A stretch of 64,000 nucleotides of DNA from Azolla caroliniana. Its lineage: Eukaryota > Plantae > Polypodiophyta. A model generated the notes under the pieces. It made no database searches, was not told where the DNA came from, and saw only the letters and a list, made by a program, of their open reading frames with translations. Location: assembly GCA_043228905.1 (NCBI GenBank), contig JBHGNT010000008.1:19530001-19594000 (forward strand), given 5' to 3'. Below, piece by piece: positions 38,901 through 51,900 of the stretch (its first letter is position 1; every line of letters begins with the position of its first letter). Both the position numbers and the translations under genes were made by a program.

Positions 38901-41900
38901 TAACATAGTCCTTGAACCAATTTGAGAACCAAACCACCCAAATTCGGATAGTAAGAAGTTTTCCTAGTGTCCATTCACGAGACTGATTAAAAGTGAAATG
39001 ACTCGGAATGATGAGGCAACAGGTCTCAAGTTCTAGTCTTCACCACACCTTCAAGAAAACCTGGGAAATACTCATTGGAATTGTGTAGAAATGAAGAGCA
39101 CGTGTTGATAGAATTATCTCAAACAATCACTGCCTGATGTCATATGATGCCTGCAACAGAAACCAGCATCTTGCAGCCACGTTCGATCTCCGAAATAAGC
39201 ATGTGAGGCCCACAATGGAATGCAGTCCCCAATTTATAGGCCTATTCATCCTCCAAAAATGACGCATCAAGAGTCTAAATAATTCCCTCCACTCCTGTCA
39301 TTGCTTTTCTTCTTCATTCTTGTTGCTTTTCTCATTCGTGTCTATCTCTACTCTTCCACCCGTGCCTTATCCTCTCTATAAACATTTATCCCCAAATTAA
39401 ATATATGGCCTTCATCAAATGCCCTAAGCCATATCCTAAAAATAAATCTCCTACAACTTGATTATTAAATTGCTTTATGCTTTATTTTCCAATTTCTATG
39501 GATGTCCTCCACTTTGTATATAAAATCACTTGAAGTCGAGGTTTAACTTGTTTCTTTCATATCAAAGACTAGGAGTGTCCATATTGAAAACCGTTCATTT
39601 CTTTGTATTCTTCATAGAAATTTCTATTTTCTCATCTTGTTTTACATAGATTTCCTTGAAGGTGTGGTGAAAACTAGAACTTGAAACATCTTGCCCATTG
39701 TTCTGAAGCAGCTCACTTACCACCAATTCGCTTGACGAAACCTAAAGTTTGTATTCCTCCTATAAATTTCTATTTTCTCGTGTTTTTTTTCATAGATTTT
39801 CTTGAAGATGTGGTGAAAACTAGAACTTGAGACGTCTTGCCTCATCGTTCTGAAGCGGCTCACTTAACAGCAGTTTGCTTGTCGAAACCTCAAGTTTGTT
39901 AAAAGCCAGCTCATGTTTTATTGTTTTGTTTTGTGCGGGCGAATGATGACATTGATCCTCTGGGAGCAATACTTTAAGTAGTTGTTAAATGTGAACATAG
40001 TTAGGAAAGTGTGAACCTAATTAAGAGATCATTGGATTTCCAACTACCTGTAGATATTGGTTACATACACCAATTCTACAACTTTGTAATCAAAAGCTCG
40101 TTTTTCCTAATCTACTGACTTTTCCTCAAGTCTTCTAGGTGATATTGCTATGTGAGAGTTAGTATAATATCCGTGCATTTTCTACAAATGGTATCAGAGT
40201 AGGTTTTGGTTACTTTCTCTATCCTATTCTTCCTAATAGGCAAACAAAGATCTTTCTCTTTATCTCTTCCCTTCTAAGAAGTCGTACAACATCTCCATCT
40301 ATAGCAATGAAAACTTCAAACAGCAAAAAACTATAGCCGAGGCAATTTTTCACTATTTTCACATTTTCAAAAAGTAGATTTCGAGTTGATTCTTTTGACT
40401 ACTTGCACACCCAAATTGGATTTTTGGTTCTAGACAAAAAAGGTTTGCCGTAGTCTCAAACCCTAACTACACAACAACTGCAACAACCAGTTTTTACCAC
40501 AGCAAAACAAGTTTTCAGTATAGCATAGTAACTCTTCTCTATTTCTTCCAGCCCATTGCTTATACTATTCTTCAATATTATATTGCTTTAGTACATTTTG
40601 GTGAGTGAAACCACCAAGTACTGTAATATCTTATCCATCTTCTTTGCAATGGCTGGGAAAACTAATATTTTTGGCATGCTTAATGTTGAAGACAAGTTGG
40701 ATGGTACTAACTATCATATGTGAGGTACATGACGAGACATGCATTGGTTGCAAAGTAGCTACGGAAAATTATCATGGGATCTGATGAACATCCAACTTCA
40801 TGTTCTTCTCTAAACTCTCTCCCATTGAGGAACTGATGTAAATAATGCGTTGAGCTCCACTCTTCAACAATCCACTTCTTCACAACTTTAGTAAGATGGT
40901 AAGGATGTTCAAGCCCATGCTCTCATTGCATTGTCAATCAAACATCACATTGTTTAACATATCTGATATTGCACCACCTCCAAAAGTGCTTGGTATGCTT
41001 TAAAGAACCAATATGTTCAAAGGAATGAAGCAATGGTTGTTATGCTCCCGTGGCAACATGAAGAGAAAAAGATGGAAGAAAGTGATTACACGGATGCATT
41101 CTTGATAGAGATCAAAGACCTCAAGGAATAACTACTCAACATTGATGAAGTGATTTCTAACAAACAATTAGTTTCTCAATGTCTTCTTGCTGCTTTTCGG
41201 ATTCATATCAAGGCTCTGCCATGACAATAAGGCTTCTTATTACAAGAGGTAAAGAAAGCTTCAACTTTGATGAGCTTCAATTTACAAAAATCTCAATCTC
41301 AAGCAAATCGGGATGTTCTTAATAGTGGTGATCAAGCTTTTGTTACCTCATCCAAGTTCAAAAGTCAAGAAAACAAAATAACCTTCTTTTTAAAGGCAAT
41401 AATGCCTCGACTTCCCATGATGAGAAGAAGAAGAAAAGGTGCAATTACTATCATAAACCATGCCATGACATTAGTGAATGTTGAAAGAGGAAAGCTAGTG
41501 AAGAGAAGAAAAAACAAATTGGTCTTAGTATTACCACCTCTATTGGTAAGAAGGAAGAAGCACACATTTCTCAACATGAGTGAGCATTCTCCATATACAC
41601 AATGTATGATCCCTCAGAGGATGACATATGTTTATTGGTAAATGAGTCTAAAGATGCTTGGTATTTTGATAGCGGTTCTTCTAAACACATAACTTCTTGC
41701 GAAAATGTGGTGGATTCCCAAACACAACGCAATTTTGAACTACAACATTCTTGGTTCAGCCATTTAAATTTGGGCAACCTTGCATGGCTTAGTAAGCATA
41801 ATAACATTAAGACCAGATTATTTTTTTTTCTCTTCACTAGCTTTCCTTTTTCAACATTAGCTAATGTTGTGGCCTGGATTACGACAATAATTACACCTTT

Positions 41901-44900
41901 TCTTCTTCTTCTCATCATGGAAAGTTGAGGCAACATTGCCTTTAGAAGGAAGGTTATTTAGTTTTCGTCCTTGTTGGCTTTTGAACTTGGAAGAGGTAAC
42001 AAAAGCTCGATCACCACTATTAAGAACATCCTAGTTTGCTCGAGATTGAAATTCCTGTAAGAGACAGGAGATTAGCTCATCAAAGTTGAAACTCTCTTTA
42101 CGTCTTGTAAGAAGCCTTATTGTTGTGGCGAAGCCTTTTGATATGAATCCGGAAGCACATCAAGAACTTTAGAAACTAACTACTTGTTTGAAATCACTTC
42201 ATGAATGTTGAGTAGTTGTTCCTTGAAGTCCTTGATTTTTGTTAAGAATGCGTCCATGGATTCACCTTCTTGCATCCTTGTCCCTTCAACTTGCTACTTA
42301 AGCATAACAACTCTTGCTTCATTCCTTCGAGCATATAGGTTCTTTAACACATCCCAAGCACTTTTTGAGGTTGTGCAAGATCGGATGTGGAACAATGTGT
42401 CATTTGATCGATAATGTAACAAGCGCATGGGCTTGAGCATCCTTACCATCCCACTTAAGTTGTGAGGAAGCGGATTGTTGAGTGGAGGTTGAAGCATTGT
42501 TTGCATCAGTTGTCCCTGAAGGGGAGCAAGAGTTTGGAGAAGAACTTGAAGTTGGACGTTCATCGGATCCAATGACAATGTCCCATAGTTGCTTTGCTAC
42601 CAATACGTGTCTCATCATGTACACCCACATATGATAGTTAGTACCATCCAACTTGTCTTCAACATTAAGCATACCAAAAATATTGGTTTGCTCAGCCATT
42701 GCAAAAGCAAGAAATATGGATGAGATATTGCAGTACTTGGTGGTTATATTCACCAAAATGTACTAAAGCAATATAATATTGAAGAAATAGATGAGAGATA
42801 AGAGTTACTCTACTGTGCTGAAAACTTATTTTGTTGTGGTAAACATTGGTTGTTGCAATTGTTGTGCAGTCAGGGTTTGAGACTGCTACAAAACTTGTTT
42901 TGATTGTACCTCCAAAACCAAAAATCCGATTTGGGCATGCAAGTAGTCAAAAGAATCAGGTCGTAATCTACTTTTTGAAAATGTGAAAATAGGGAAAGAT
43001 CGCCTCTACTGCAGTTTTCTATTGTGCGAACTTTCATTGCTATAGATGGAGAGGTTTGTTGTCTTCTTAGATGGGAAGAGATAAACAGAAAGATCTTTGT
43101 ATGCCTATTTGGAAGACTAGGATAGAGAAAGTAACCTAAACCTGCTCTGATACCATATGTAGAAAATGCAAGGATTTTAGACTAACTCTCACACAGCAAG
43201 ATCACTTAGAAGACTTAAGGAAATATCAATAGATTAGGGAAAACGAGCACTGATTACAAAGATGTACAATGGTTTATATAACCAATTTCTACATGTAGGT
43301 GGAAACCCAACGGTCACTTAATTGGGTTCACACTATTCTAACTATATTCACACCTAACAACTACTTAACTAGGTTTATACTATTCTAAGTATGTTCGCAC
43401 CCAACAACTACTTAATTAGGTTCACACTATTATAACTATATTCACACCAAACCTTTCATAGGATACACATTAAGTGTAACACTTATCATATTGTTCAGTG
43501 CATAGGATAGATATATGTCCATATAAGATGGCTTGGTGATGAATCCATCCTTTGATGTGTGTAAAAAATGTCTTATAGTGGGCCATCTTCCCAACAAGTG
43601 ATATTTTGGAGCTTATCCATGTTCGCTTGTTTCCAAGTTAATAATATCAGTTGGATCATTATTCTTATCCACTTTGGTCATGTTTAGAGAGAGAGGGAGA
43701 GGGAGAGATGAAATAGTCATAAAAACTCAACCACCGAAGTTGAACTAGAATATGCTACACCACATTAGAAGTCTATCTAGAGGATTCTATAATTTTCCAG
43801 TCATAATATGTAAGCCTATGATACAATGACATACTCAAAATAATACCTATCATATGAATTGGACTTGAGATAAAGCAGAATATTGCAAAAGGAAGCATCA
43901 GAATAGCTTCTCCCCAAAAAGCAGCTCGCCAGTTTAGCAAACTCCCAACCTACAAGCAACAAATCACAGCAATTATTAACCAACACCCATCAAGAGGCTA
44001 AGGATAGGAGATGATTATAATAGGGAAACCATACTTACCACACCTCCATAAACATAACCCAAAGCCATTCCAACAGGAATACACATGTAGAAGAGAGAAA
44101 GCCACGCTGTTTTCTGAAATAAAATAAAAATCATCATAAACACACGTAACTTCAGCAGATACACTTGTTGCAGATGCTCAAGATATTTAACAAAACACAT
44201 ATATTGCATAATATAACCTTGTCATGAGGGGCATTATCAATAACAAATGGTGCTGCAAGACTGATGAAAGATGCCTCTCCAACGCCTACAAGCCTAAAGA
44301 GATAAATTAATAATTAAAAAGGACCATGTCCAAGTATTAATAATAAAGAGGTAAACCAAGCTTACATTCTTGCAATGGATATGGTCCAAAATTCAACTGC
44401 GCAACCACATGCTGCTGTTGCAAATGTCCAGACTGACAACCCAACTCCAATGAGCTTGAATGGATTGCATCTGTTCACAAGATAAAAACGCGTCATTACT
44501 GTAATATACAATTTGATACATTGCCTCTTATTTATAGATGTTGAAATGAAGTAACCTTTAGAAACTAATTGCAGGAAGAAAGAGATTTATTATCAGTAAC
44601 CTATGCAAGGATATCATAGGATATTCGTAATGACAGATTGATTAGAAATAGAAGCATGAAAGATTACTTCATGAAACAACCTATTTTACCTAGCTTTAAT
44701 GCTTTACATATCATTTGCAAACTTGGCTTTCAAAAACAATAGAACGCCCTCTTCATGAAGAGGCAATAGAAATAAAAAAAATGCCAAGCTTCACATCATA
44801 TAATCCAAAATCCCTAATCTAATCTCCCACAAACTATATTTTCTGAATTTATACTTGTATAGAAAACCCATAAGAACCCTCTTCTTTTAGAAAGTTCATG

Positions 44901-45450
44901 AATTAAGACAAAAATGAAATTTCACTTTTTATCAGAGTATAAGTACATTGAGAGACCTACTCTTTTGCCAAATGCGCGAAAATGGGTGATGCAATCAATA
45001 GGCCAACCATGAATGCTGATGAAAGGACACCATCTTCAAAATTGGTCAGCCCAAAGCTCCCTCTGAAAGATGGTAAAATAGAGGCCTTGAGATTCTACAG
45101 TATTTTCCGGATTGTTGAGATTAAAGAAGGATAACTGCAACTGAAGACCTTACTGAATTCCACTGCCACTATAGCAAGTTTCAGTAGGATTACAAGTGGA
45201 ATTTGCGGCAGATCCATTCACCCCATTACTTGCAATTGCTCCACGATCGAGATAATTGAGGAGATTTATAGCACAAAAGATGAGAAGCATCCTATGATCA
45301 CCACATCATAGGAGAGTTTGAAAATGGGAAAACATATTGGGAAATCATAATTCATAATTCTCTCAACAGCAAGGTGCATCATACTTATCAATAATACCTC
45401 TCTGGAGAAAACCATGTTGGCTGGTTTTCTGTTTGAGAATGCCCAGACAT
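35915..45450 (-). CDS. Spinster-family MFS transporter (probable sphingolipid/lysolipid transporter spinster homolog), ~478 aa, 15 coding exons
   Basis: Exons 45450-45398, 45291-45154, 45062-44961, 44470-44366, 44293-44218, 44113-44039, 43949-43847, 37524-37461, 37373-37276, 37027-36951, 36849-36736, 36653-36534, 36436-36308, 36221-36143, 36018-35915. All GT-AG, summing to 1437 nt in frame. Motifs LLNYLDRGAIASNGVNG, DGVLSSAFMVGLL, RMLVGVGEASFISLAAP, AWLSLFYMCIPVG, WRAAFWGEA, AYSYWGP, GELFIFATQGPVN, HVFGDVPSSPLVG. The C-terminal EAPLL resembles a dileucine sorting signal. Confidence 0.92.
38040..39500. repeat. ~1.5-kb imperfect inverted repeat (fold-back) in Spinster intron 7
   Basis: 38715-38870 pairs with 38912-39066, 38446-38503 with 39110-39168, and 38040-38180 with 39360-39500. 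Centre near 38890. Additional direct copies of the 38615-38790 block at about 39540-39720 and 39790-39870. Confidence 0.85.
39973..41720 (+). mobile_element. Truncated copia 5' half (partial LTR, PBS, gag, protease start); left arm of an inverted pair
   Basis: PBS tggtatcagag 40189-40199; gag KLDGTNYHM at about 40695; protease DAWYFDSGSSKHIT at about 41653-41695. Confidence 0.85.
41750..43450 (-). mobile_element. Truncated copia 5' half (LTR, PBS, gag); right arm of the inverted pair
   Basis: PBS ctctgatacca 43145-43155; gag EDKLDGTNYHMWVYMMRHVLVAKQLWDIV (42400-42756); colinear reverse complement of 39973-41545. Confidence 0.88.
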
Positions 45451-46679
45451 ATCAATCTATTATCCACTGCCTTGTACACTTGATATAATGACACGATGGA
45501 AAAACAATAATTCGACACATACACCTGCAAAAAGCACAAAATAAGAGCTTGAATTTATAAATATAAAAACGTTCTGTCACAAAGAAATTAGAGTGATCAT
45601 TGAGATAATAAAAAATACATCAATTCAAAAGGGCACAGGATATAGAAACACTAATGTGGGCTACGAAGTTTTTACATAGTTGAACCATACATTATAATCT
45701 AAATGCATACACGTACAAAAGTAGGAAAAAAATTAATGTTTAGACGACCACAACATTTCCATACATAATATATGATATAATTTCCAATACGTCTGTAATT
45801 TGCTTTGATGCTTGGAAAAGGAATATCCTGACTGATGTGCAAAGAAGTTTTATTTTTTCTAAATAAATCTAAACACAATACGTGTCTTTTCTCTCCCTTT
45901 CTTTCCTGTGATACACTGCATCACGTCTTTCTTTCCTCCTAATTTTCATACTGAATTCCAGTAAGTCTGTAAACTTCCATGAAACGGGAAATTCGACCCA
46001 ATAAATCACAACATAATATGTGTATATTTCTTGTTACTCGCGTCTTACTTTGAAGATCTATATGCTCTTCGTTTCTCTCTCTCAATCTCAATCTCAAGAT
46101 ATTAAGAAGAACAAAAGAACAGAATAGTTTTTCAAATCAAAACCTTCACAATACAAAGAATTCACATGGACTCTAAATCAGGGAGAAGCAGAACAGAGAG
46201 GGCAAGGGACCTAGAGAAATCTTGGAGAAAACAAGTAGCATTGATTTGATTCACAGCCATGGTAGAGATAAAGAAAGAAATTACCTGGAATCCAGAGATC
46301 AAGCAGAGATGAAAACAGAGACGGAGTTCTTCTTCGCTGAAGATCGATCTCTCAGTTTGAAATCTCTGTGTAAAAATCATTTGGTAGACAAACTCTCTTC
46401 AGATGATTAATTATTATTATTATTTATTTATTTTTCCAAAAATCAGATGATTAATTGATGGTGTGAATGTGGCGATCCAATCGCTCAAGTTGCCCGTGGG
46501 CTCTAGCAGGGCACCCGATGAACTACGGTTGTTATCCGACCGGGCCCAGTGTGAACACGAGGACTACGATAGGACCATGGTCCATGGAAAAAATGAACAC
46601 GAAGACTATACTTTGTTCGTTGATCTGAAACTGAGTTGTTTGCTAAGCTTAGTCGCAGCTAAAGCCCCGAAAGCAAAAA

Positions 46680-47026
46680 TAGAGATGGCCATTGAGAATG
46701 GAAGCCAAATAGCTACAGAAAAACTCGATAAAAACAATTTCCCTACGTGGAAAATTCAGAATGACGAATTTCCTGATGGGAAACAGGTATTGGGAGTACA
46801 TTGAAGGAGACCTAGAAGAGGCTTCAAAATGCGACTGCTGCACAAATTAGGGCATACAAAGATTGGAATCAAGGAGCAAGAAAAGTGTTGCATTGGCTAT
46901 CACTTAGATTCGATGTTTGGACATATACAAGATGCTCTATTCCCAAAGGAGGCTTGCTATAGTTTGGTGAGACTGTTTGCAGTAAATACAAAGGCAAGAA
47001 AACTTCAATTGAAAACTGAACCGAAC
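46680..47026 (+). mobile_element. Copia gag fragment (outermost element of the nest)
   Basis: ATEKLDKNNFPTWK...ARKLQLK, cut by the LTR starting at 47027. Confidence 0.75.
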
Positions 47027-48567
47027 TGTTGAGAATCGAACTCAACTTCCCATAGAGTTCACATTAGCCAGTGGACATCATACTAGGCTAGATTTGTAAT
47101 TAGTAGAAAGGGCACTTGCCTTAGACTAGTTGGTATTTAAACCAACTCTTTGTAACTTCGTTATTGTTGGATATAATCTATCTTTTTACTAATATATCTT
47201 CTTGTTCAAGCTCTCTCTCTCTCTCTCTCACGGCGCGCACGTGCCTTACATGCACTCACACACACACATAGCTCGCTTCCGTTGCACGTCACCACCTACA
47301 TCTCACTCTTTACACGCTATCAAAGTGTGTGGTTTTCTGAACAAGCTCACTCAACTGTGTTGTGATCACAACACCAACAATCAACCAAACTGGTTCAAGC
47401 AACAGAGAAAGAAATCGACATCATGAATACTCAGATGGGAAGCGCTCTTCCTACGAAAAGCTCAATAGGACAAACCTTGCATCTTGGGAATACAAGATGC
47501 ATCAATACCTTGTCAGACAAGGTTATTAGAGCTATATCGAAGGAGCTCACAAAACGCAACCCAACCCAACCCAACACACGCTAACTACCCAGTGTGGGAG
47601 CAGGCCTCAAGCCGTGTGTTGTATTGCCTTGCATCATGCGTACATCACCATATGCTCGGCTATATTCGAGAGTCAAAAACGCCAATAGAAGTGTGGGGCA
47701 ATCTCAAGAAGATTTTCACAGCCAACACGGCCGCACGCAAGCTCCAACTTCGACATGAGTTAAACAATATGCAATAGAGGGAGATGTTAATCACCATCTA
47801 TACCTTGAAGATCAAGGAGTTGTGTGATGCCCTCGGATCAATCAATGCCATCATCGACGATGAAGAAATGGTGCAAATATGCCTCAACGGCTTAGCACCA
47901 TGATTCAACACAATTAGATCGGTCATTCTCGCAAGGGAGAATCCAGTGCCTTCATTTTTCGACCTTCAATCGATACTATTGGTGGAAGAAAATGATACAC
48001 GACAAAGGAGAAATGCACCAGATGGTCATATGCTCTACTCCAAGTCAAACGATAGAAGAGGATTCGGTTGAGGAAATAGAGGTCGATTCGGCTGAGGCCG
48101 ACAAGGTTAACCGACCTGAGAACTCAACACCCACCATTGGCAAGTCAATAGGCGCAATCCTAGAGAGTTCGGCAGAATGGGGAGTCATCCTGCCAGACTG
48201 AGCCATCGCAACAACCCGATTGAATGCGGGTACTAGGGAAAACTCGACCACTACGAAGAGGAGTGCCAAAAGAAACAACGAGAGTCGACTTCGACTAGCT
48301 AAAACCTCACTAGCTATGTTTCAAATTTCGACTACGATGATCGTGGCGGAATGTTCATGATGAGGCACAAAGCGCATTCAATGTTGACACAAGGAGAGAC
48401 AAGTACCTCTCCTTCGGATAATGTATGGTTTGTCGACTCCGGAGCATCCAATCATATGACGTCCCACAAAGATTGGTTCAATCGGCTCGGCTATGTCGAA
48501 ATCGGAGATGACACAACTCACTCGATTCAGCATATCGAAAATGTCCCATTCAGGAACGATGGCAAAC

Positions 48568-48914
48568 TGTTGAGCGGCAAGCTCAACCGGAGCCGGATCG
48601 GCTGAATAAGCCGGAGCCGGTAAGCGAGACGGATCGGGCGAAACGGATCGGTATGACGGTGAGCAACCGAACCGGCAAGCAGTGGAGGCCGGGTGCAATC
48701 CGTAACCGGAAGTCCAATCGGAAGCCTAGTATAGGATAAACTACTAGGTAGCTATAGTCTCGTAGTAAGTGCCAGATGCTCGTGTGAGCATTGAAGTACA
48801 TGGTACTTCTGTCAGTCCCAAGAGGACTTGTATAAATAGTGCTACTTAGCACAGTGTGTATACAGAGTCTTGATATAATTTTGAAATTACGTTCTGCTCT
48901 CTCTGTCTCTCTCG

Positions 48915-48955
<41 letters not shown>

Positions 48956-51900
48956 GTTCTTTGTTTTACACTTCCGCAAACACTTACGTTTACATGGTAT
49001 CAGAGCACGAGGGTTGATAACCTCTGCTGCAGACATTTACTCTTGAGAAGAAAACCCTAACAGGTCGAAAACAGACACAATAGAAGACATGGATAGAGGC
49101 ATGGCTACGTCGCTCCCGAGGGAGAAGCTCGACAGGAGCAACTACGCATCCTGGTCTTACAAGATGCACCAGTACCTGCTTGGACACGGGTACTGGAGTT
49201 ATGTCGAAGGAGCGAATGATGCGGCGCCAGACTCGGCACACAAGGACTTCCCGGTATGGGAACAAGCGGCAAGCAGGGTGATGTACTGCTTCGCTTCCAG
49301 TGTCGGCGATCAGCTGCTCAGCCACATCCGTGACGCCAAGACACTGAAGGATGCTTGGGGGAACCTGAAAAACGTTTTCGCCGCAAGCACCACTACCCGG
49401 AAGCTGCAACTCAGACAAGAGTTGAGCAATGTTCGACAGAAGAACATGTTCGTGGCAGACTACACGGGCCGGATAAAGGAGATCTGCGACTCGCTCGCCT
49501 CTATCAATGTTACCGTAGAGGAAGACAAGATGGTGCAGGTATGTCTCGGAGGCTTGGCGTCCAAGTTCGGAGCGTTCCGGACTGCGGTGTGTACAAGGGA
49601 GAATACCCCCTCATTCTTCGACTTACAATCGATGCTCCTTGTAGAGGAGAACCACGCCGGTGCATCTACCAATGCATCCCCGGACAGCCGAATGTTGTAC
49701 ACAGGAATGGATCGGTTCCATGGGTGTGATGGAAGAGGTGGGTCGGCACGCAATGGAGGCGGCTGGCAAGAGCAGGAACGAAGGCACTATAAGTGTGCTG
49801 ACAGCAGTTCCGGGACTTCCACAAGCAGGGGGAGTCAAGGCGGTGCCGGAGGCCGGCAAGACAAATCCACTACGGAATGTTGGTACTATGGCAAAAAAGG
49901 CCACAGGGAAAGCGAGTGCTGGAGAAAGCGTGCTGATTCGGACAAATCCGGATCCGGCAAGACCGGTAAGGATGGCCGGCAAAACTCGCACTACGCAAAC
50001 GGATCAGGAGGATTCGGAACCGGAAAGGCCGGTAAGGGGCCAGCCTTGGTGATGAATCACAAGGCAAACTCAATGAAGAAGACCACTTCCAAAACGGAGG
50101 AAGTGTGGTATGTTGATTCCGGCGCGTCGAACCACATGACGAGCCACAAAGAGTGGTTCTCCTTTCTGGAGAAACCGGATCAACCAGGAGTAGTCGAAAC
50201 TGGAGACGACACTCCTCACCCAATCGTGCATGTCGGAGAGGTCCCTCTAAGCCACGTCAGACAGAAAGGGAAGTTGATGAACGTATTACACATTCCGACA
50301 ATCACGAAGAACCTGGTGTCCGTCGGTCAGATTGTCGACCAGGGGATGCAGGTGCGGTTTACGCACCTCGGGTGCTTCATTGAGGATGAGGGCGAAGTCA
50401 TTGCGCAAGGGCGCAGAGACGGGAGGATGTTTATCCTCAACACCAATGACTTTGGCACCGCTCTGTTCGTGAAACGACAGAAGGTCGAGTCGGACATCGA
50501 CCTGTGGCACAAGCGGATAGGCCACGTCAACTACCGGAGGCTTTAAGATCTGCAAACGAAACAAGTCGTTTTCGGTTTGCCGAAGTTCAGCGGCCGGAGA
50601 GCCGAAATTTGTGAAGCCTGCCAACTTGGGAAGCAACACCGGCTTCCATTCCCTACCGAACGGAACCGGAGCCGTAACAAGCTCGATCTCATCCATTCGG
50701 ATGTGTGGGGACCGGCACAAAGTGTAAGCCTTGGCGGGAGCCGGTACTTCGTCTCCTTCATCGACGACTATACCCGACATACTTGGATCTACCTCATTGA
50801 GCGGAAGAGCGAAGTCTTCGACTGTTTCCGGAGCCTCCAGAAGATGGTGGAACGGGAATCGGAGAGGAAGATCAAATGCCTTCGGTCGGATGGCGGAAAG
50901 GAATATTTTTCCGGCCAATTCACTAGTTATCTGCAGCAGAAGGGAATTCGGCGAGAGTTCAGCTGCAGATACACACCGGAGCAAAATGGTGTGGCCGAAA
51001 GGAAGAACCGGACACTCGTCGAAGCAGCAAGGGCAATGTTGGAGGAGAAGAGCATGCCCCGGTTCTACTGGGCGGAGGCGGTCCGGATGGCCGTCTACAT
51101 ACAAAACCGCATTGGTGACAAGGTGTCAGCTCATGAGCTGTATTTCGAGCGCAAGCCGAACTTAAGACACCTTCGGATATTCGGCAGCACAACATATGTG
51201 CATGTGCCGGATCAGAAGCGGAGAAAGCTGGATGCAAAATCGGAAAAATGCATCCTAGTCGGCTATGCTCAAGAGCAAAAGGGGCATAAGTGCTATAACC
51301 CCCTGACGAAGGAAGTCCGAGTTAGCCGGGATGTTGAGTTCGATGAATCGGCATCCTGGTACTCTGTACCGACTCTGACTTCCGATCCCAACCTAATGTC
51401 AGAAGATCAAGCCAGTGAGCCTGAATCAGCCCTGGTAGAGGATGATGAAGCCGGGACTCAAGATGAGAGTCCGGAATTGTTTCGGTTGAGTGGACCGAAC
51501 GAGCGACTGAGTCAGTTGGACCAGTCGGATGAAGTGACGACAAGTGGTGGAGACTCTGCCGTGCTCTCCCCGCGCAAGGAACCGAGGAAACGGTTCACGC
51601 GCAAAGAGAAGGGGAAGAGGAAGATGTCGGAATTCGAAACCGGCAACGATGAGTCGGATCGGTGCGTATCCGACTCCGGAAAGGAGAAAGGCAGATCTTC
51701 AGTAACGAAGACCTAACTGGCCAAGAAGGGCCTCAAATCAGGTGACGGTGCGTTGCGCCGATCAACCCGTCAGAAGGATCTCGTCGTGCGGTACGGGTAC
51801 AATGAATACACGTACATGACTAAGGTGACATAAGTGCGTGAGCCAGAGAGCTATGCAGAAGCGGCAAAGGACGCAAATTGGCGTGCCGCTATGGACGAAG

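Noticed and set aside
50286-51104. 272-aa antisense ORF and similar antisense ORFs over copia pol
   Set aside because: Shadow ORFs of GC-rich retroelement coding sequence with no recognisable motif.
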